A DNA stretch of 64,000 nt from Spirochaetia bacterium (lineage in GTDB: Bacteria; Spirochaetota; Spirochaetia; SZUA-6; Bin103): contig OZ241863.1 in assembly GCA_965203055.1 (NCBI GenBank), forward strand, positions 2,912,001 through 2,976,000, read 5' to 3'. Below are positions 1 through 9,908 of the stretch, piece by piece (the first letter of the stretch is position 1; each line of letters starts with the position of its first letter). The position numbers were made by a program, and so were the translations under genes. The notes under the pieces are model-generated. The model was given only the letters and a program-made list of their open reading frames with translations. It made no database searches and was not told where the DNA came from.

Positions 1-416
1 CGCCGGTGGCGGTGGTCAGCGCCGGCAGCGCCGACCTGCCGGTGGCCGAGGAGGCGGCGCAGACCCTGGAGTTTCTCGGCCTCGCCGTCGAGCGCTGCTA
101 CGACGTGGGAGTGGCCGGGCTGCACCGGCTGCTCGCCGCGCAGCCGCAATTGGAGCGCGCCGCGGTGGTGATCAGCGTGGCCGGCATGGAGGGAGCGCTC
201 ACCAGCGTGGTGGCCGGCCTGCTGGCGGCGCCGGTGATCGGGGTGCCCACCAGCGTCGGCTACGGCGCGCATCTGGGGGGCGGCGCGGCGCTGCTGGCGA
301 TGCTCAATTCCTGCGCCGCGGGCGTGGCGGTGGTGAACATCGACAACGGCTTCGGCGCCGCGCTGATGGCCGCCGCAATCGTGCGCCAGATCAGCGCCGC
401 CGGCGGGGCGCGGTGA
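1..416 (+). CDS. larB: Nickel-pincer cofactor biosynthesis protein LarB (AIR carboxylase-like), 5' truncated by the window edge
   Basis: Motifs [60 protein letters not shown] are typical of LarB; its stop overlaps the larC start (GTGA). Confidence 0.92.
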   Translation, partial: PVAVVSAGSADLPVAEEAAQTLEFLGLAVERCYDVGVAGLHRLLAAQPQLERAAVVISVAGMEGALTSVVAGLLAAPVIGVPTSVGYGAHLGGGAALLAMLNSCAAGVAVVNIDNGFGAALMAAAIVRQISAAGGAR

Positions 417-1645
417 CGGTCGCCTACATCGACTGCATCGCCGGCGTCAGCGGCGACATGCTGCTCGGCGCGCTGCTTGCCGCCGGCGTCTCCGAGGCGG
501 AGCTGCGGGAGCGGCTGGCCGACCTGCATCTGCCCGGCTTTGAGCTGGGCGCGCAGCCGGTGCAGAAGGCCGGCATCGGCGCGCTGCAGGTCGAGGTGCG
601 GGTCACCGATCACGCCACCGAACGTCATCTGCCGGAAATTGCCGCCCTGCTGGAGGCGAGCGCGGTCCCGGCCGCGATCAAGCGCCGCGCCGGCGCCATC
701 TTCCAGCGCCTTGGGGACGTCGAGGCCGCCATCCACGGTTCCTCCCGCGACCGCGTCCACCTGCACGAGTTGGGCGGCATCGACACGATCGTCGACGTGG
801 TGGGCGTGCTCACCGGCTTCCAGTTGCTCGGCGTGGAGCGCGTGGTGTGCTCGCCGCTGCCGCTGGCGCGCGGCTTCGTCGACTCCGCCCATGGGCGGCT
901 GCCATTGCCGGCGCCGGCCACGGTGGCCCTTCTGCAAGGCGTTCCGGTGACCGGCGCCGAGGTGGAAGGGGAGCTGGTGACCCCCACCGGCGCGGCGCTG
1001 GTTACCGAGCTGGCCGCCCGCTTCGGGGCGCTGCCCGCGATGACGCTGCGCGCCGCCGGGTACGGCGCCGGGCGCGCGCAGCGCGCCATTCCCAACGTGG
1101 TGCGCCTGCTGGTAGGGGAGGCGGCCGGCGCCGGCGGAGACGGCGGCGGTGACGGCGGAGAGGAGGGCGGCGCCGCGCCGGAACCGCTGTTCGTGGTCGA
1201 GACCAACATCGACGACATGAACCCGGAGTGGTACGACTACGTGACCGCGCGCCTGTTCGCGGCCGGCGCGCTGGAGGTGTTCACCCAGCCGGCGGCGATG
1301 AAGAAGAACCGTCCCGCCACGCTGCTGAGCGTGTTGTGCCGCCCGGCGCAGCGCGCCGCGGTACGCCGCCTGCTGTTTCGCGAGACCACTACGATCGGCG
1401 TGCGCGAACACCTGGTGCAGCGCTACGCTCTGGCGCGGGAGACGCGGCTGGTAACGACCAGCCATGGCGAGATTCGCGTCAAGATGGTGGGCGGCGCCGG
1501 CCCGGAGCCGCGCTGGGCGCCCGAATACGACGACTGCCGGCGCGCCGCCGAGGCCACCGGCGCGCCGTTGCAGGCGGTGTATCAGGCCGCTGCCCAGGCC
1601 GCGGCGGGAGGCGCCCCCGGCGCGGCCCGCCAGGGCGCGCCATGA
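413..1645 (+). CDS. larC: Nickel-pincer cofactor biosynthesis protein LarC
   Basis: [66 protein letters not shown] and PEYDDC motifs; adjacent to larB. Confidence 0.93.
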   Translation: MTVAYIDCIAGVSGDMLLGALLAAGVSEAELRERLADLHLPGFELGAQPVQKAGIGALQVEVRVTDHATERHLPEIAALLEASAVPAAIKRRAGAIFQRLGDVEAAIHGSSRDRVHLHELGGIDTIVDVVGVLTGFQLLGVERVVCSPLPLARGFVDSAHGRLPLPAPATVALLQGVPVTGAEVEGELVTPTGAALVTELAARFGALPAMTLRAAGYGAGRAQRAIPNVVRLLVGEAAGAGGDGGGDGGEEGGAAPEPLFVVETNIDDMNPEWYDYVTARLFAAGALEVFTQPAAMKKNRPATLLSVLCRPAQRAAVRRLLFRETTTIGVREHLVQRYALARETRLVTTSHGEIRVKMVGGAGPEPRWAPEYDDCRRAAEATGAPLQAVYQAAAQAAAGGAPGAARQGAP

Positions 1646-1667
1646 AGCGCGCGCGGCGCCGGGGCAG

Positions 1668-2630
1668 CTACCGCGGTGCGGCGCCGCGCCCGGCGCTGCG
1701 CACCGAGCGGATGATGTCTTCCACCATCTCGCGCACGCCGAAGCGCGGCCGCCAGCCCAGTTCGGCGGCCGCGCGCCGGCAGTCGATGCGCCACTCGCGG
1801 TAGCCGCCTACCACCTGCATGATCACCGGGTCCGGGGCGAAGGTGAACTGCGCCTGCGGCAGGAGCTGGCGGACGTGGGCGATCATCTCCCGCACCACCA
1901 CCCGCCCGGAGGCGACGTTGTAGATGCGTTGCGGGGCCGCCGCGGCGCCGGCCAGACGGGCGAGCGCGCTGACCGCGTCGCGCAGGTACACCACCGGATA
2001 GGCGGTGTCCTCGCTCACCTCGACGGCGTAGGGTTCGCCGCGCGCGGCGCGCTCGGGGATCAGCGAGGTGAACAGGCTCGCCGACCCTGCCGCCTGGCGA
2101 AAGGGACCGGTTACCGCCGCCAAGCGGGCGGCGCGGAAGTCGATGCCGTGGCGGCGCGCATACAGCAGCCCCAGTTCCTCGGCGCACCGCTTGGTGTACC
2201 CGTACCAGCCGTCCGGCTCGGTGGCCATGCTCTCGCTGATCGGCTGCGGCAAGCCGCGCCCGTACACGCCGATGGTGCTGGCCAGCACCACCCGCCGCCG
2301 GCCGCAGGCGCGCGCCGCGTCGAGGACGTGGAAGCTGCCGCCGAGGTTCACCGCCATGCCCGACGCCGGCTCGCGGTCGCAGCCGGCGGTCAGCAGGCCG
2401 GCGAGGTGCACGATCGGATCGTGCGCGCCGCTGCGCTCCACCGCGGCCCGCACCGCAGCACGATCGCGAATGTCTCCGCTGACGTAGCTCACCCCGGCCG
2501 GCCAGCCGGCGCCGGCTGCCGTTGCCGGCGGCGCCGCGTCGAAGGCCAGTACCTCGCGCCCCGCGGCGGCGAAGTGGCGCGCCAGCGCCCGGCCGATGAA
2601 CCCGGCGCCGCCGGTGATCAGAACAGCCAC
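1668..2630 (-). CDS. NAD-dependent epimerase/dehydratase (extended SDR)
   Basis: N-terminal VLITGGAGFIG, HLAG, and YGYTK (YxxxK) catalytic motif. Confidence 0.88.
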   Translation of the reverse strand: MAVLITGGAGFIGRALARHFAAAGREVLAFDAAPPATAAGAGWPAGVSYVSGDIRDRAAVRAAVERSGAHDPIVHLAGLLTAGCDREPASGMAVNLGGSFHVLDAARACGRRRVVLASTIGVYGRGLPQPISESMATEPDGWYGYTKRCAEELGLLYARRHGIDFRAARLAAVTGPFRQAAGSASLFTSLIPERAARGEPYAVEVSEDTAYPVVYLRDAVSALARLAGAAAAPQRIYNVASGRVVVREMIAHVRQLLPQAQFTFAPDPVIMQVVGGYREWRIDCRRAAAELGWRPRFGVREMVEDIIRSVRSAGRGAAPR

Positions 2631-2688
2631 GCGCCCATCATACCCGGGACGCCGCCGCGGCGCGCGCGGATGGTGTAGGATCGGCGCG

Positions 2689-4017
2689 ATGCTGACCGCG
2701 GCGCGACCGTTTGCCCGCCACGGGACCGAAAAGATGGTCTACGACCTGCGCATGGGCCCGCAGGCGCTGTGGCACGAGGAGATGATCTACCTCGTCTACC
2801 ACTCCACCGGCGGGGCCGGCGCCGAGCTGCTCGGGCACCCCTATGCCGTTGCCTACGACGTGAGCCGCCGCCGCTGGTCGGAGCCGGTCAGGCTGGGCAG
2901 CGCGCGCGGCTACGACCATCACTACGCGCCGGTAATCTGGCGCGACCCGGGCGGCCGGCTGCACGTGCTCTACCATTGCCACGGCGCCGACGGCGGCGTT
3001 CACCTGGTGGCGGAACGTCCCGATTCGATTGCCGGCTGGCGCCCGGGTCCGGCCATCGCCCCGTCGATCTCCTATCCGCGCCTCTTCCCGCTGGGCGGCG
3101 GCCGCCTGCTGCTCTACTTCCGCACCTTCGGGCACATGGGCCACTGGGGCTACCGGCTCTCCAACGACGGCGGCTACACCTGGACCCGGCCCGAGGCGCC
3201 GCTGGTGGACTTCGACCAGAACCCGCAGACCAACCTCGATACCTGGGCCGGCACCTACCACAGCGCCTGCCTCAGCCGCGACCGCGCGTGGCTGCACCTC
3301 GGCTTCAACTACCTGGACGAGCGCGCTTCGCCCAACCCGGTGTATCGGCCGCCCTGGTACAACCGCTATCACCTCTACTACGCGCGGCTGGAGGTGGCCA
3401 GCGGCGAGTTGTACGGGCCGGACGGGGGGCGGCTGCCGCGCCCGCTGACCCGGGCCGGCGCCGAGGCATGCAAGCTGTGGCACACCGGGCACCGCTACTC
3501 GCTCAACCCGTCGATCCTGCCGGCGGACCAGCCGGAGGGCGCGGGGGAGGGCGGCGCCGCGTTCGTGGCGCCGGTGTCCGACGCCACGCCGCACGACGTG
3601 GTGTACTACTTCGTGCGCCGCCGGCAGGGGGTGTGGGAGCGCCATCCGATCGTGCGCACCAACAGCATCTGGTCCGGCTCGCACGTGACCCGCGGCGCCG
3701 ACCGCGCGATCATCGCCTACCTGACGGTGGGGACGGCGGACGGCGCCAACCTGCGCTACGGCGGCGGCACGGTCGAAGTGTGGCGCTCGCGCGACGAAGG
3801 GGTGACCTGGCAGCGCGCCGCGCGGCTGCTGCCGGAGCGCGGGCTGCTGTACAACAACCCCAAGCCGGTGGAGCGCGCCGATGGCCGCGAAGTGGCGCGC
3901 TGTCTCACCCTGTTCGGTTGGCCGGGGCCGGGCGGCCTGGAGCAGCCGCAACCGCCGTTCCGCCCGTTGGGCAACAGCGCCCGCGCCTTCCTCTGGCTCG
4001 CCGGAGAGTGGCGCTAG
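2689..4017 (+). CDS. BNR-repeat (BNR_4-like) beta-propeller protein
   Basis: DHHYAP..D..GRLHVLYHCH, SYPRL, Asp-box SNDGGYTW and SRDEGVTW; start chosen at ATG 2689, 7 nt after TAGGAT. Confidence 0.65.
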   Translation: MLTAARPFARHGTEKMVYDLRMGPQALWHEEMIYLVYHSTGGAGAELLGHPYAVAYDVSRRRWSEPVRLGSARGYDHHYAPVIWRDPGGRLHVLYHCHGADGGVHLVAERPDSIAGWRPGPAIAPSISYPRLFPLGGGRLLLYFRTFGHMGHWGYRLSNDGGYTWTRPEAPLVDFDQNPQTNLDTWAGTYHSACLSRDRAWLHLGFNYLDERASPNPVYRPPWYNRYHLYYARLEVASGELYGPDGGRLPRPLTRAGAEACKLWHTGHRYSLNPSILPADQPEGAGEGGAAFVAPVSDATPHDVVYYFVRRRQGVWERHPIVRTNSIWSGSHVTRGADRAIIAYLTVGTADGANLRYGGGTVEVWRSRDEGVTWQRAARLLPERGLLYNNPKPVERADGREVARCLTLFGWPGPGGLEQPQPPFRPLGNSARAFLWLAGEWR

Positions 4018-4120
4018 CCGCGGCGGGCTGCCAGCCGCCGCCGTGCGCCAGCCGATGACCGGACACCCGCCGCCGCGCGGCACCCCTCCGGCCCGGCCGC
4101 AGCGCCGCGCGCCGGCGGTC

Positions 4121-5461
4121 ATGCTGGTCAAGCTGCTGGCGATTCTGTCGCTGAGCGCCGCGGCGGCAAGCAGCTCCACGCCGGCGCGCGCGCAATCCGC
4201 AGCGCCGTCCGAGGGAGCCGCGGCCGTGACCGCCGCGGATACGACCACCGGCGCCGCGGCGGCGCGCGCGGAGCGCCGGTTCGCCGAGGTGCGCGCCCTG
4301 TGGGTGATCCGCACCGCCCTCGGCAGCGCCGACCAGGTACGGGCGATGGTGGAGCAGGCCGCGGCCGGCGGGTTCAACACGTTGCTGGTGCAGGTGCGCG
4401 GGCGCGGCGACGCGCTGTACGCCTCGGCCCACGAGCCGCGCGCCGAGAGCCTGCCCGACGATCCGGCCTACGATCCGCTGCAGGTGACGATCGAGGCGGC
4501 GCGCGCGCGCGGTCTGGCGGTCCACGCGTGGGTCAACACCCACCTGGTGTGGGGTCCGGCGGCGCCGCCGCGCAGCCCCGAGCACCTGGTGAACGCCCAT
4601 CCCGACTGGCTGGCGGTGCCGCGCAGTCTGGGCCGCGAGCTCTACGACCACGATCCGCATGCCGCGGGCTACGTGGAGCGGCTGCTCGGGCATGCCGCCG
4701 AGTCGCGCCATCTCGAGGGCCTGTTCACCAGTCCCTCGCACCCGGCGGTGCAGGAGCGCGTGCGGCAGGTGTGGGTCGATCTGGCGCGCAACTACGACCT
4801 GGACGGCATCCACTTCGACTACGTCCGCTTCCCCTCGCCTGAGTTCGACTACTCGCGCGGCGCCCTGGAACGATTCGCCGCCTGGGTCAAGCCGCGCCTG
4901 GCGGGCGCCCGCTTCGTGAGCCTGGCGGCCGCCGCGCAGCAGGATCCCTACGCCCTGGCGGAGGCGCTGCCGGAGTACTGGAACGTGTTCCGGCGCGACA
5001 GCGTCACCGCCCTGGTGCGGCGCGTCTACCAGGCGGTCAAGGCGCTGCGGCCTGAGCTGGTGGTCTCGGCGGCGGTCCTCCCGGACCGCCGCCGGGCGCG
5101 CGAAGAGCGCTTCCAGGCGTGGACCGCCTGGCTGGCCGACGGGATTCTCGACGTCGCCGTGCCGATGGCGTACACCGAGGACCCGGACCAGTTCCGCGAC
5201 TGGATCGCGCGCGCGCGCGCCGCGGCCGGCAGCGGCGCGCGCCTGTGGGCCGGGATCGGAGCGTACAAGAACCCGGTCGCCGGCACCCTGCTGCAGGTCG
5301 ATCACGCGCGCCGGGAAGGGGCCGGCGGCGTGGTGGTGTTCGCCTACGCCGCGGCCTCCAGCACCGCCCCGGAGCCGGGCGCCGCGCCGCCCCTCGAACA
5401 GATCGGGCAGGCGGCATTCGCCGCGCCGCAGGCGGCCCCCCCGCAGGAGGAACCCCCGTAG
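4121..5461 (+). CDS. Exported glycoside hydrolase, GHL10 (YddW/DigH-like) family
   Basis: Signal-like N-terminus; EVRALWV, FNTLLVQVRGRGDALYAS, YDPL, VHAWVN, YDLDGIHFDYVRFP and PMAY motifs. Start uncertain (4055 or 4121). Confidence 0.8.
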   Translation: MLVKLLAILSLSAAAASSSTPARAQSAAPSEGAAAVTAADTTTGAAAARAERRFAEVRALWVIRTALGSADQVRAMVEQAAAGGFNTLLVQVRGRGDALYASAHEPRAESLPDDPAYDPLQVTIEAARARGLAVHAWVNTHLVWGPAAPPRSPEHLVNAHPDWLAVPRSLGRELYDHDPHAAGYVERLLGHAAESRHLEGLFTSPSHPAVQERVRQVWVDLARNYDLDGIHFDYVRFPSPEFDYSRGALERFAAWVKPRLAGARFVSLAAAAQQDPYALAEALPEYWNVFRRDSVTALVRRVYQAVKALRPELVVSAAVLPDRRRAREERFQAWTAWLADGILDVAVPMAYTEDPDQFRDWIARARAAAGSGARLWAGIGAYKNPVAGTLLQVDHARREGAGGVVVFAYAAASSTAPEPGAAPPLEQIGQAAFAAPQAAPPQEEPP

Positions 5462-5488
5462 GGCCGCGGCCGGCTGCCGGCGGCAGGG

Positions 5489-6607
5489 CTACTGGCGGTA
5501 GGGATCGGCCGCGTCGCGCAGCCCGTCGCCCAGGAAGTTGAACGCCATCACCGTTATCACCACGAACAGGGCCGGTATCAACTGCCACGGGAAGTGCGCG
5601 ACGCTGCTGATGTTCTGCGCCTTCTGCAGCAGCACTCCCCAGCTCACCGACGGCGCGCGCAGGCCCAGCCCCAGGAAGCTGAGCGCGGTCTCGCCGAGGA
5701 TCATCCCCGGGATGGCGAGGGTCAGGTCGACGATCAGATAGCTGGCGAAGTTGGGCAGCAGGTGGCGGTTGATGATGGTCAGCTCGCGCATCCCGGCCAG
5801 GCGCGCGGCCAGGGTGAAGTCGCGTTCGCGCAGCTCCAGCAGCTTGCCGCGCACCACCCGCGCCAGACCGCCCCAGCGGATCAGGGCCACGATCACGACG
5901 ATGGCGAAGTAGATGCGCAGGTTCGACCAGTGCAGCGGCAGCGCCGCCGACAGCGCCAGCCACAGCGGAATGGTGGGAATGGAGAGCAGGAACTCGATGA
6001 CGCGCTGGATGAACATGTCCACGCGGCCGCCGAAATACCCCGAGATGCCGCCGAGCAGCACCCCGATGACGAACGTTATCGCCACCCCCACCAGCCCGAT
6101 CGACAGCGAGATGCGCGCCGCCAGAATCGAGCGCGAGTACATGTCCTGGCCCAGGCTGTCGGTGCCGAACAGGAACAGGGCGCCCGGGTCGTCCACCCCG
6201 AACAGGCGCACCGTGGCGGGCAGCACGCCGAACAGCCGGTAGGGCTCGCCGGGGACGAAGAAGCGGATCGGGTAGCGCGCTTCGTCCTCGGTGTAGATGG
6301 CGGCCAGCGTTTCGGGATCGCGGTCGGCGATGATGCCGCGCACGAACGGCCGGGTCAGGCGGCCGTCGTCGAACCAGCGGACGCGCGACGGCGGGTGGTT
6401 GATGGCGACCGGGTAGCGCCAGTCCGCGGCGTAGGGGGTGACGAAGTCCGCGAACAGGGCGAGGAAGTAGAACACGCCGAGCACGCTGCCGCCGATGATG
6501 GCCATCCGGTGCCGGCGGAACTTGCGCCACATGAGCTGCCATTGGGACGCGACGAAGTCGCGCTCCGCGGCGCTCGGCAGCGCCGCGCCCGCCGCGCGCC
6601 GCCTCAT
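5489..6607 (-). CDS. Peptide/nickel-type ABC transporter permease (OppC/DppC-like)
   Basis: OppC N-terminal SQWQLMWRKFRRHR, LFGTDSLGQD, EAA-like loop, ETALSFLGLGLRAP, FNFLGDGLRDAADP. Confidence 0.92.
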   Translation of the reverse strand: MRRRAAGAALPSAAERDFVASQWQLMWRKFRRHRMAIIGGSVLGVFYFLALFADFVTPYAADWRYPVAINHPPSRVRWFDDGRLTRPFVRGIIADRDPETLAAIYTEDEARYPIRFFVPGEPYRLFGVLPATVRLFGVDDPGALFLFGTDSLGQDMYSRSILAARISLSIGLVGVAITFVIGVLLGGISGYFGGRVDMFIQRVIEFLLSIPTIPLWLALSAALPLHWSNLRIYFAIVVIVALIRWGGLARVVRGKLLELRERDFTLAARLAGMRELTIINRHLLPNFASYLIVDLTLAIPGMILGETALSFLGLGLRAPSVSWGVLLQKAQNISSVAHFPWQLIPALFVVITVMAFNFLGDGLRDAADPYRQ

Positions 6608-7596
6608 CGACGCGCCTCCGCGAAGCGGATGCGGGGGTCCACCAGCATCAACAGCAGGTCGGAGACGAAGGTGCCGATGATGGTGAGGCTGTTCAGAAAC
6701 AGCAGCAAGGTGGACGCCAGGAACATGTCTTCGAACAGCAGCGCCCGGTAGAGCAGGGGACCGGTGGTGGGCAGCGACAGCACCAGCGCGGTGATCACCG
6801 AGCCGGAGACGATCTCAGGCAGCACCCAGCCGATGGTGCTCACCATCGGGTTGACCGCGATGCGCGCCGGGTACTTGAACAGCAAGTCGCGTTCGCCGAC
6901 GCCCTTGGCGCGCGCCGTTACCACGTACTGCTGCTTCAGCTCGTCGAGCAGGATGCCGCGCATGATGCGAATCAGCGCCGCGGTGCCGGCCGTGCCGACG
7001 ATGATGATCGGCAACGGCAGGTGCAGCATCAGATCCCACACCTTGCCCAGGCTCCAGGGCGCGTTCTGGTACTCCGCCGAAAACAGGCCGCCGACGCTGA
7101 ACCCGCGCCGCAGCAGGAAGTACATCAGGATCAGGGCGAGCAGGAAGTTGGGGGTGGCCAGGCCCACGAAGCCCACCGACATGAACGCGTAGTCGCCGGC
7201 CGAGTACTGGTGGGTGGCCGAGTAGACGCCGATGGGAATGGCCAGGGCGTAGGTGAAGATCAGGGTCGACAACGACAAGGCAATGGTGAGGCCCAGCCGC
7301 TCGCCGATCAGCGCGCGCACCGGGCGGTTGAACTGGAAGGAGTATCCGAAGTCGCCTCTGAGGATGTTGCCGAACCAGAGCAGGTACTGGACGTGCATGG
7401 GCCGGTCGAGGCCGAACCGGCGCCGGAGATTGGCCAGATCGTCGGCGTTCACCTCCTCGCCCTGGCGCGCCAACTGCGACGCGTAGGAGGAAACGAAGTC
7501 GCCCTCGGGAAGCTGGATGATTACGAACGCAACCACCGTGATGATCCACAGCAGAATCAGCATGTAGAGCATGCGGCGAACCAGATAGGAGGCCAT
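6604..7596 (-). CDS. Peptide/nickel-type ABC transporter permease (OppB/DppB-like)
   Basis: MASYLVRR start, GLDRP..QYLLW, GDFGYSF, YVVTARAKG, SDLLLMLVDPRIR; overlaps the downstream permease. Confidence 0.92.
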   Translation of the reverse strand: MASYLVRRMLYMLILLWIITVVAFVIIQLPEGDFVSSYASQLARQGEEVNADDLANLRRRFGLDRPMHVQYLLWFGNILRGDFGYSFQFNRPVRALIGERLGLTIALSLSTLIFTYALAIPIGVYSATHQYSAGDYAFMSVGFVGLATPNFLLALILMYFLLRRGFSVGGLFSAEYQNAPWSLGKVWDLMLHLPLPIIIVGTAGTAALIRIMRGILLDELKQQYVVTARAKGVGERDLLFKYPARIAVNPMVSTIGWVLPEIVSGSVITALVLSLPTTGPLLYRALLFEDMFLASTLLLFLNSLTIIGTFVSDLLLMLVDPRIRFAEARR

Positions 7597-7740
7597 CGAC
7601 GGTGGCCCACTATCGCAGGGGGTACCGTTGCAGTCAAACGCGGACCGCCGCGGCGCCGCGCCCGCCACGCCGAACCGGCGCGCGGCTTGACAGCGCGGCG
7701 GCGCCGAATCAGCATAGGGTTCACTCAAGAGGAGGATCCG

Positions 7741-9765
7741 ATGAAATCGATCTTGACGGGAAGCGTCCTGCTCCTGTGCGGCGCGGCGCTGGCGCTGGCG
7801 AGCGGGGACACCGAAGGGGCCGCGGGGGCCGGCGCCGCGGACGCCGGCATGGCCGTTGGCGGCGAGCCCTACGTGGACCACATCTTTGCCGATCCGGCGG
7901 CCTACGAGGCCGCCACCGGCAACCGCATCGAGGGCTTCGGCGAAGCGCCCGTCCTGGCGGCGCTGGTGGCCGAAGGCGCGCTGCCGCCGGTGGAGGAACG
8001 GCTGCCGGTTGACGTCCAGGTGGTGCGGCCGCGCGACGAGATCGGCAGCTACGGCGGAATCATGCGCGGCGCCGGCAGTTCCGAGGAGCCGGGCTCGGCC
8101 ATCGAGTCGAGCAACCAGAGCATGGGGGCCTATCCCCCCGATACGCAGGCCATCTACCCCAACCTGATCAAGGCGTGGGAGGCGGCCGACGACTTCACCT
8201 CCCTCAGCATTACGTTGCGCGCCGGCATGAAGTGGTCGGACGGCTCAGCGGTGACCGTCGACGACTTCCGCTTCTGGTATGAGGACGTGCTGCTCAACCC
8301 GGAGATCACGCCGCGCGTCAACAGCCGCTGGCGCCCGGGCGGGGAGGTGATGGCGATGACGGTGGTGGACGACGCCACCATCCGCTATTCGTTCGCCGCC
8401 CCGTTCTACAGCGTGTTCGAAAGCTGGGCCTTCCAGCGCCCGGTGCTCCCCAAGGAGTACCTCAAGCAGTGGCACGCGGCCCACAATCCGCAGGCCGATG
8501 CCAAGGCCAGGGAAGAGGGGTTCGATAGCTGGTGGAAGGCGTTCCAGGATCACGAGGGCGGCGCCGTCGGCAAGCGCTCGGATCCCGACCGGCCCTCGCT
8601 GCATCCGTGGAACGTGACCGAAATCGGTCCGGCGTCGCGGCTCTACGAGCGCAATCCCTACTACTTCAAGGTGGACGTGGCCGGCAATCAGCTTCCGTAC
8701 CTCGACGCGGTGCAGATCACCCAGTTCTCGCAGCCGAACCAGACCATTCCATTGCGCGCCATGTCGGGCGAGATCGACCTGCAGACCGACCACCTGGCGA
8801 TGGCCGACTTTCCGGTCTACAAGGAGAACGAGGCAACCGGCGACTACCAGGTGTATCTGTTCCCGTTCCTGTCGAAGGGCTTCGCCGCGGGCGTGGCATT
8901 GAACTACACCCACAAGGACCCGGTGCTGCGCGAGATCTTCAATGATATTCGGTTCCGGCAGGCGTTGTCGCTGGCCATCGACCGCGACGACATCACCAAT
9001 ACGTTCTTCTTCGGCCGCACCGTGCCGCACGTGGCGCCGGTGCCGCCCACCTGGACCGGCTTCGAGGATTGGATGCGCACCTACTACGCCGAGTTCGACC
9101 CGGAGCGGGCGAACGCGTTGCTCGACGAGATGGGCCTGCAGTGGGACGGCAACGGGCAGTGGCGCCTGCGTCCCGACGGGGAGATCGTGGAGTTCGAGGG
9201 GATGTGGGTCGCCGAGTGGTTCTCCTACTTCGAGGGCCTGGTGCAGATGCTGAGCAAGCAATGGGAAGCGGTCGGCGTGAAGATGAATCCCAAGTTCGTG
9301 GTCGAGGAAGCCGCGGCCAACATCGCGATCGACAACGACCAGGACGCGCTGATCGGCGGCAACGCCACCTCCACCGAGTTCCGCGCCCGCGGGGCGGAAC
9401 CGGTGACCCTGCGCCCGGCCTGGCACTGGTATAGCTGCTGCGCCCTGGCGGCGGCGCCCTGGCGGTTGTGGCACGACACCGACGGCGCCGAAGGCATCGA
9501 ACCCCCGCAGGAGATCAAGGACCTGTTCACGATCTCCGAGGAGTGGCGCAACACGCCGCGCGGCACCGACCGCTACGCCGAGCTGTCGCATCAGATGATC
9601 AGGATGAACGTCGAAAACCTGTACTTCTTCGGCACCGTCAGCATTCCGCCGAAGGTGGTGCTGGTGAGTGATCGTCTGGGTAACATGCAGCGCGAAGGCG
9701 GGTTCGTGCAGACGCTGCCCAACTTCGGGCCGCACATGCTCGACACCCTGTTCATTCGCCGCTAG
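7741..9765 (+). CDS. ABC transporter substrate-binding protein, family 5
   Basis: AGGAGG RBS before ATG 7741; signal peptide; LPPVEERLP, LRAGMKWSDG, ERNPYYFKVD..GNQLPYLD, RFRQALSLAIDR. Confidence 0.92.
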   Translation: MKSILTGSVLLLCGAALALASGDTEGAAGAGAADAGMAVGGEPYVDHIFADPAAYEAATGNRIEGFGEAPVLAALVAEGALPPVEERLPVDVQVVRPRDEIGSYGGIMRGAGSSEEPGSAIESSNQSMGAYPPDTQAIYPNLIKAWEAADDFTSLSITLRAGMKWSDGSAVTVDDFRFWYEDVLLNPEITPRVNSRWRPGGEVMAMTVVDDATIRYSFAAPFYSVFESWAFQRPVLPKEYLKQWHAAHNPQADAKAREEGFDSWWKAFQDHEGGAVGKRSDPDRPSLHPWNVTEIGPASRLYERNPYYFKVDVAGNQLPYLDAVQITQFSQPNQTIPLRAMSGEIDLQTDHLAMADFPVYKENEATGDYQVYLFPFLSKGFAAGVALNYTHKDPVLREIFNDIRFRQALSLAIDRDDITNTFFFGRTVPHVAPVPPTWTGFEDWMRTYYAEFDPERANALLDEMGLQWDGNGQWRLRPDGEIVEFEGMWVAEWFSYFEGLVQMLSKQWEAVGVKMNPKFVVEEAAANIAIDNDQDALIGGNATSTEFRARGAEPVTLRPAWHWYSCCALAAAPWRLWHDTDGAEGIEPPQEIKDLFTISEEWRNTPRGTDRYAELSHQMIRMNVENLYFFGTVSIPPKVVLVSDRLGNMQREGGFVQTLPNFGPHMLDTLFIRR

Positions 9766-9821
9766 GGGTTCATCCGCCGCTAGGGGTTCATCCGCCGCTA
9801 GGGGTTCATCCGCCGGTAGGG
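9751..9821 (+). repeat. Tandem 18-bp repeat (TTCATCCGCCGCTAGGGG, ~4 units) spanning the SBP stop codon
   Basis: Units start at 9751, 9769, 9787 and 9805; read directly from the sequence. Confidence 0.9.
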
Positions 9822-9908
9822 CGAGGCGCCCGGCGCGGGAGGTTTACTCGGTTATTCGGAGTCTGGCGCGCGGCCGCGACTGCGCGCCAGACTCGTTTGC
9901 CTGGCGGC

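Noticed and set aside
413..1645. Programmed frameshift in larC, as in some lactobacilli
   Set aside because: Both LarC halves are in one continuous frame here.
9751..9821. Possible CRISPR array
   Set aside because: The units are contiguous with no spacers, and no cas genes are in the window.
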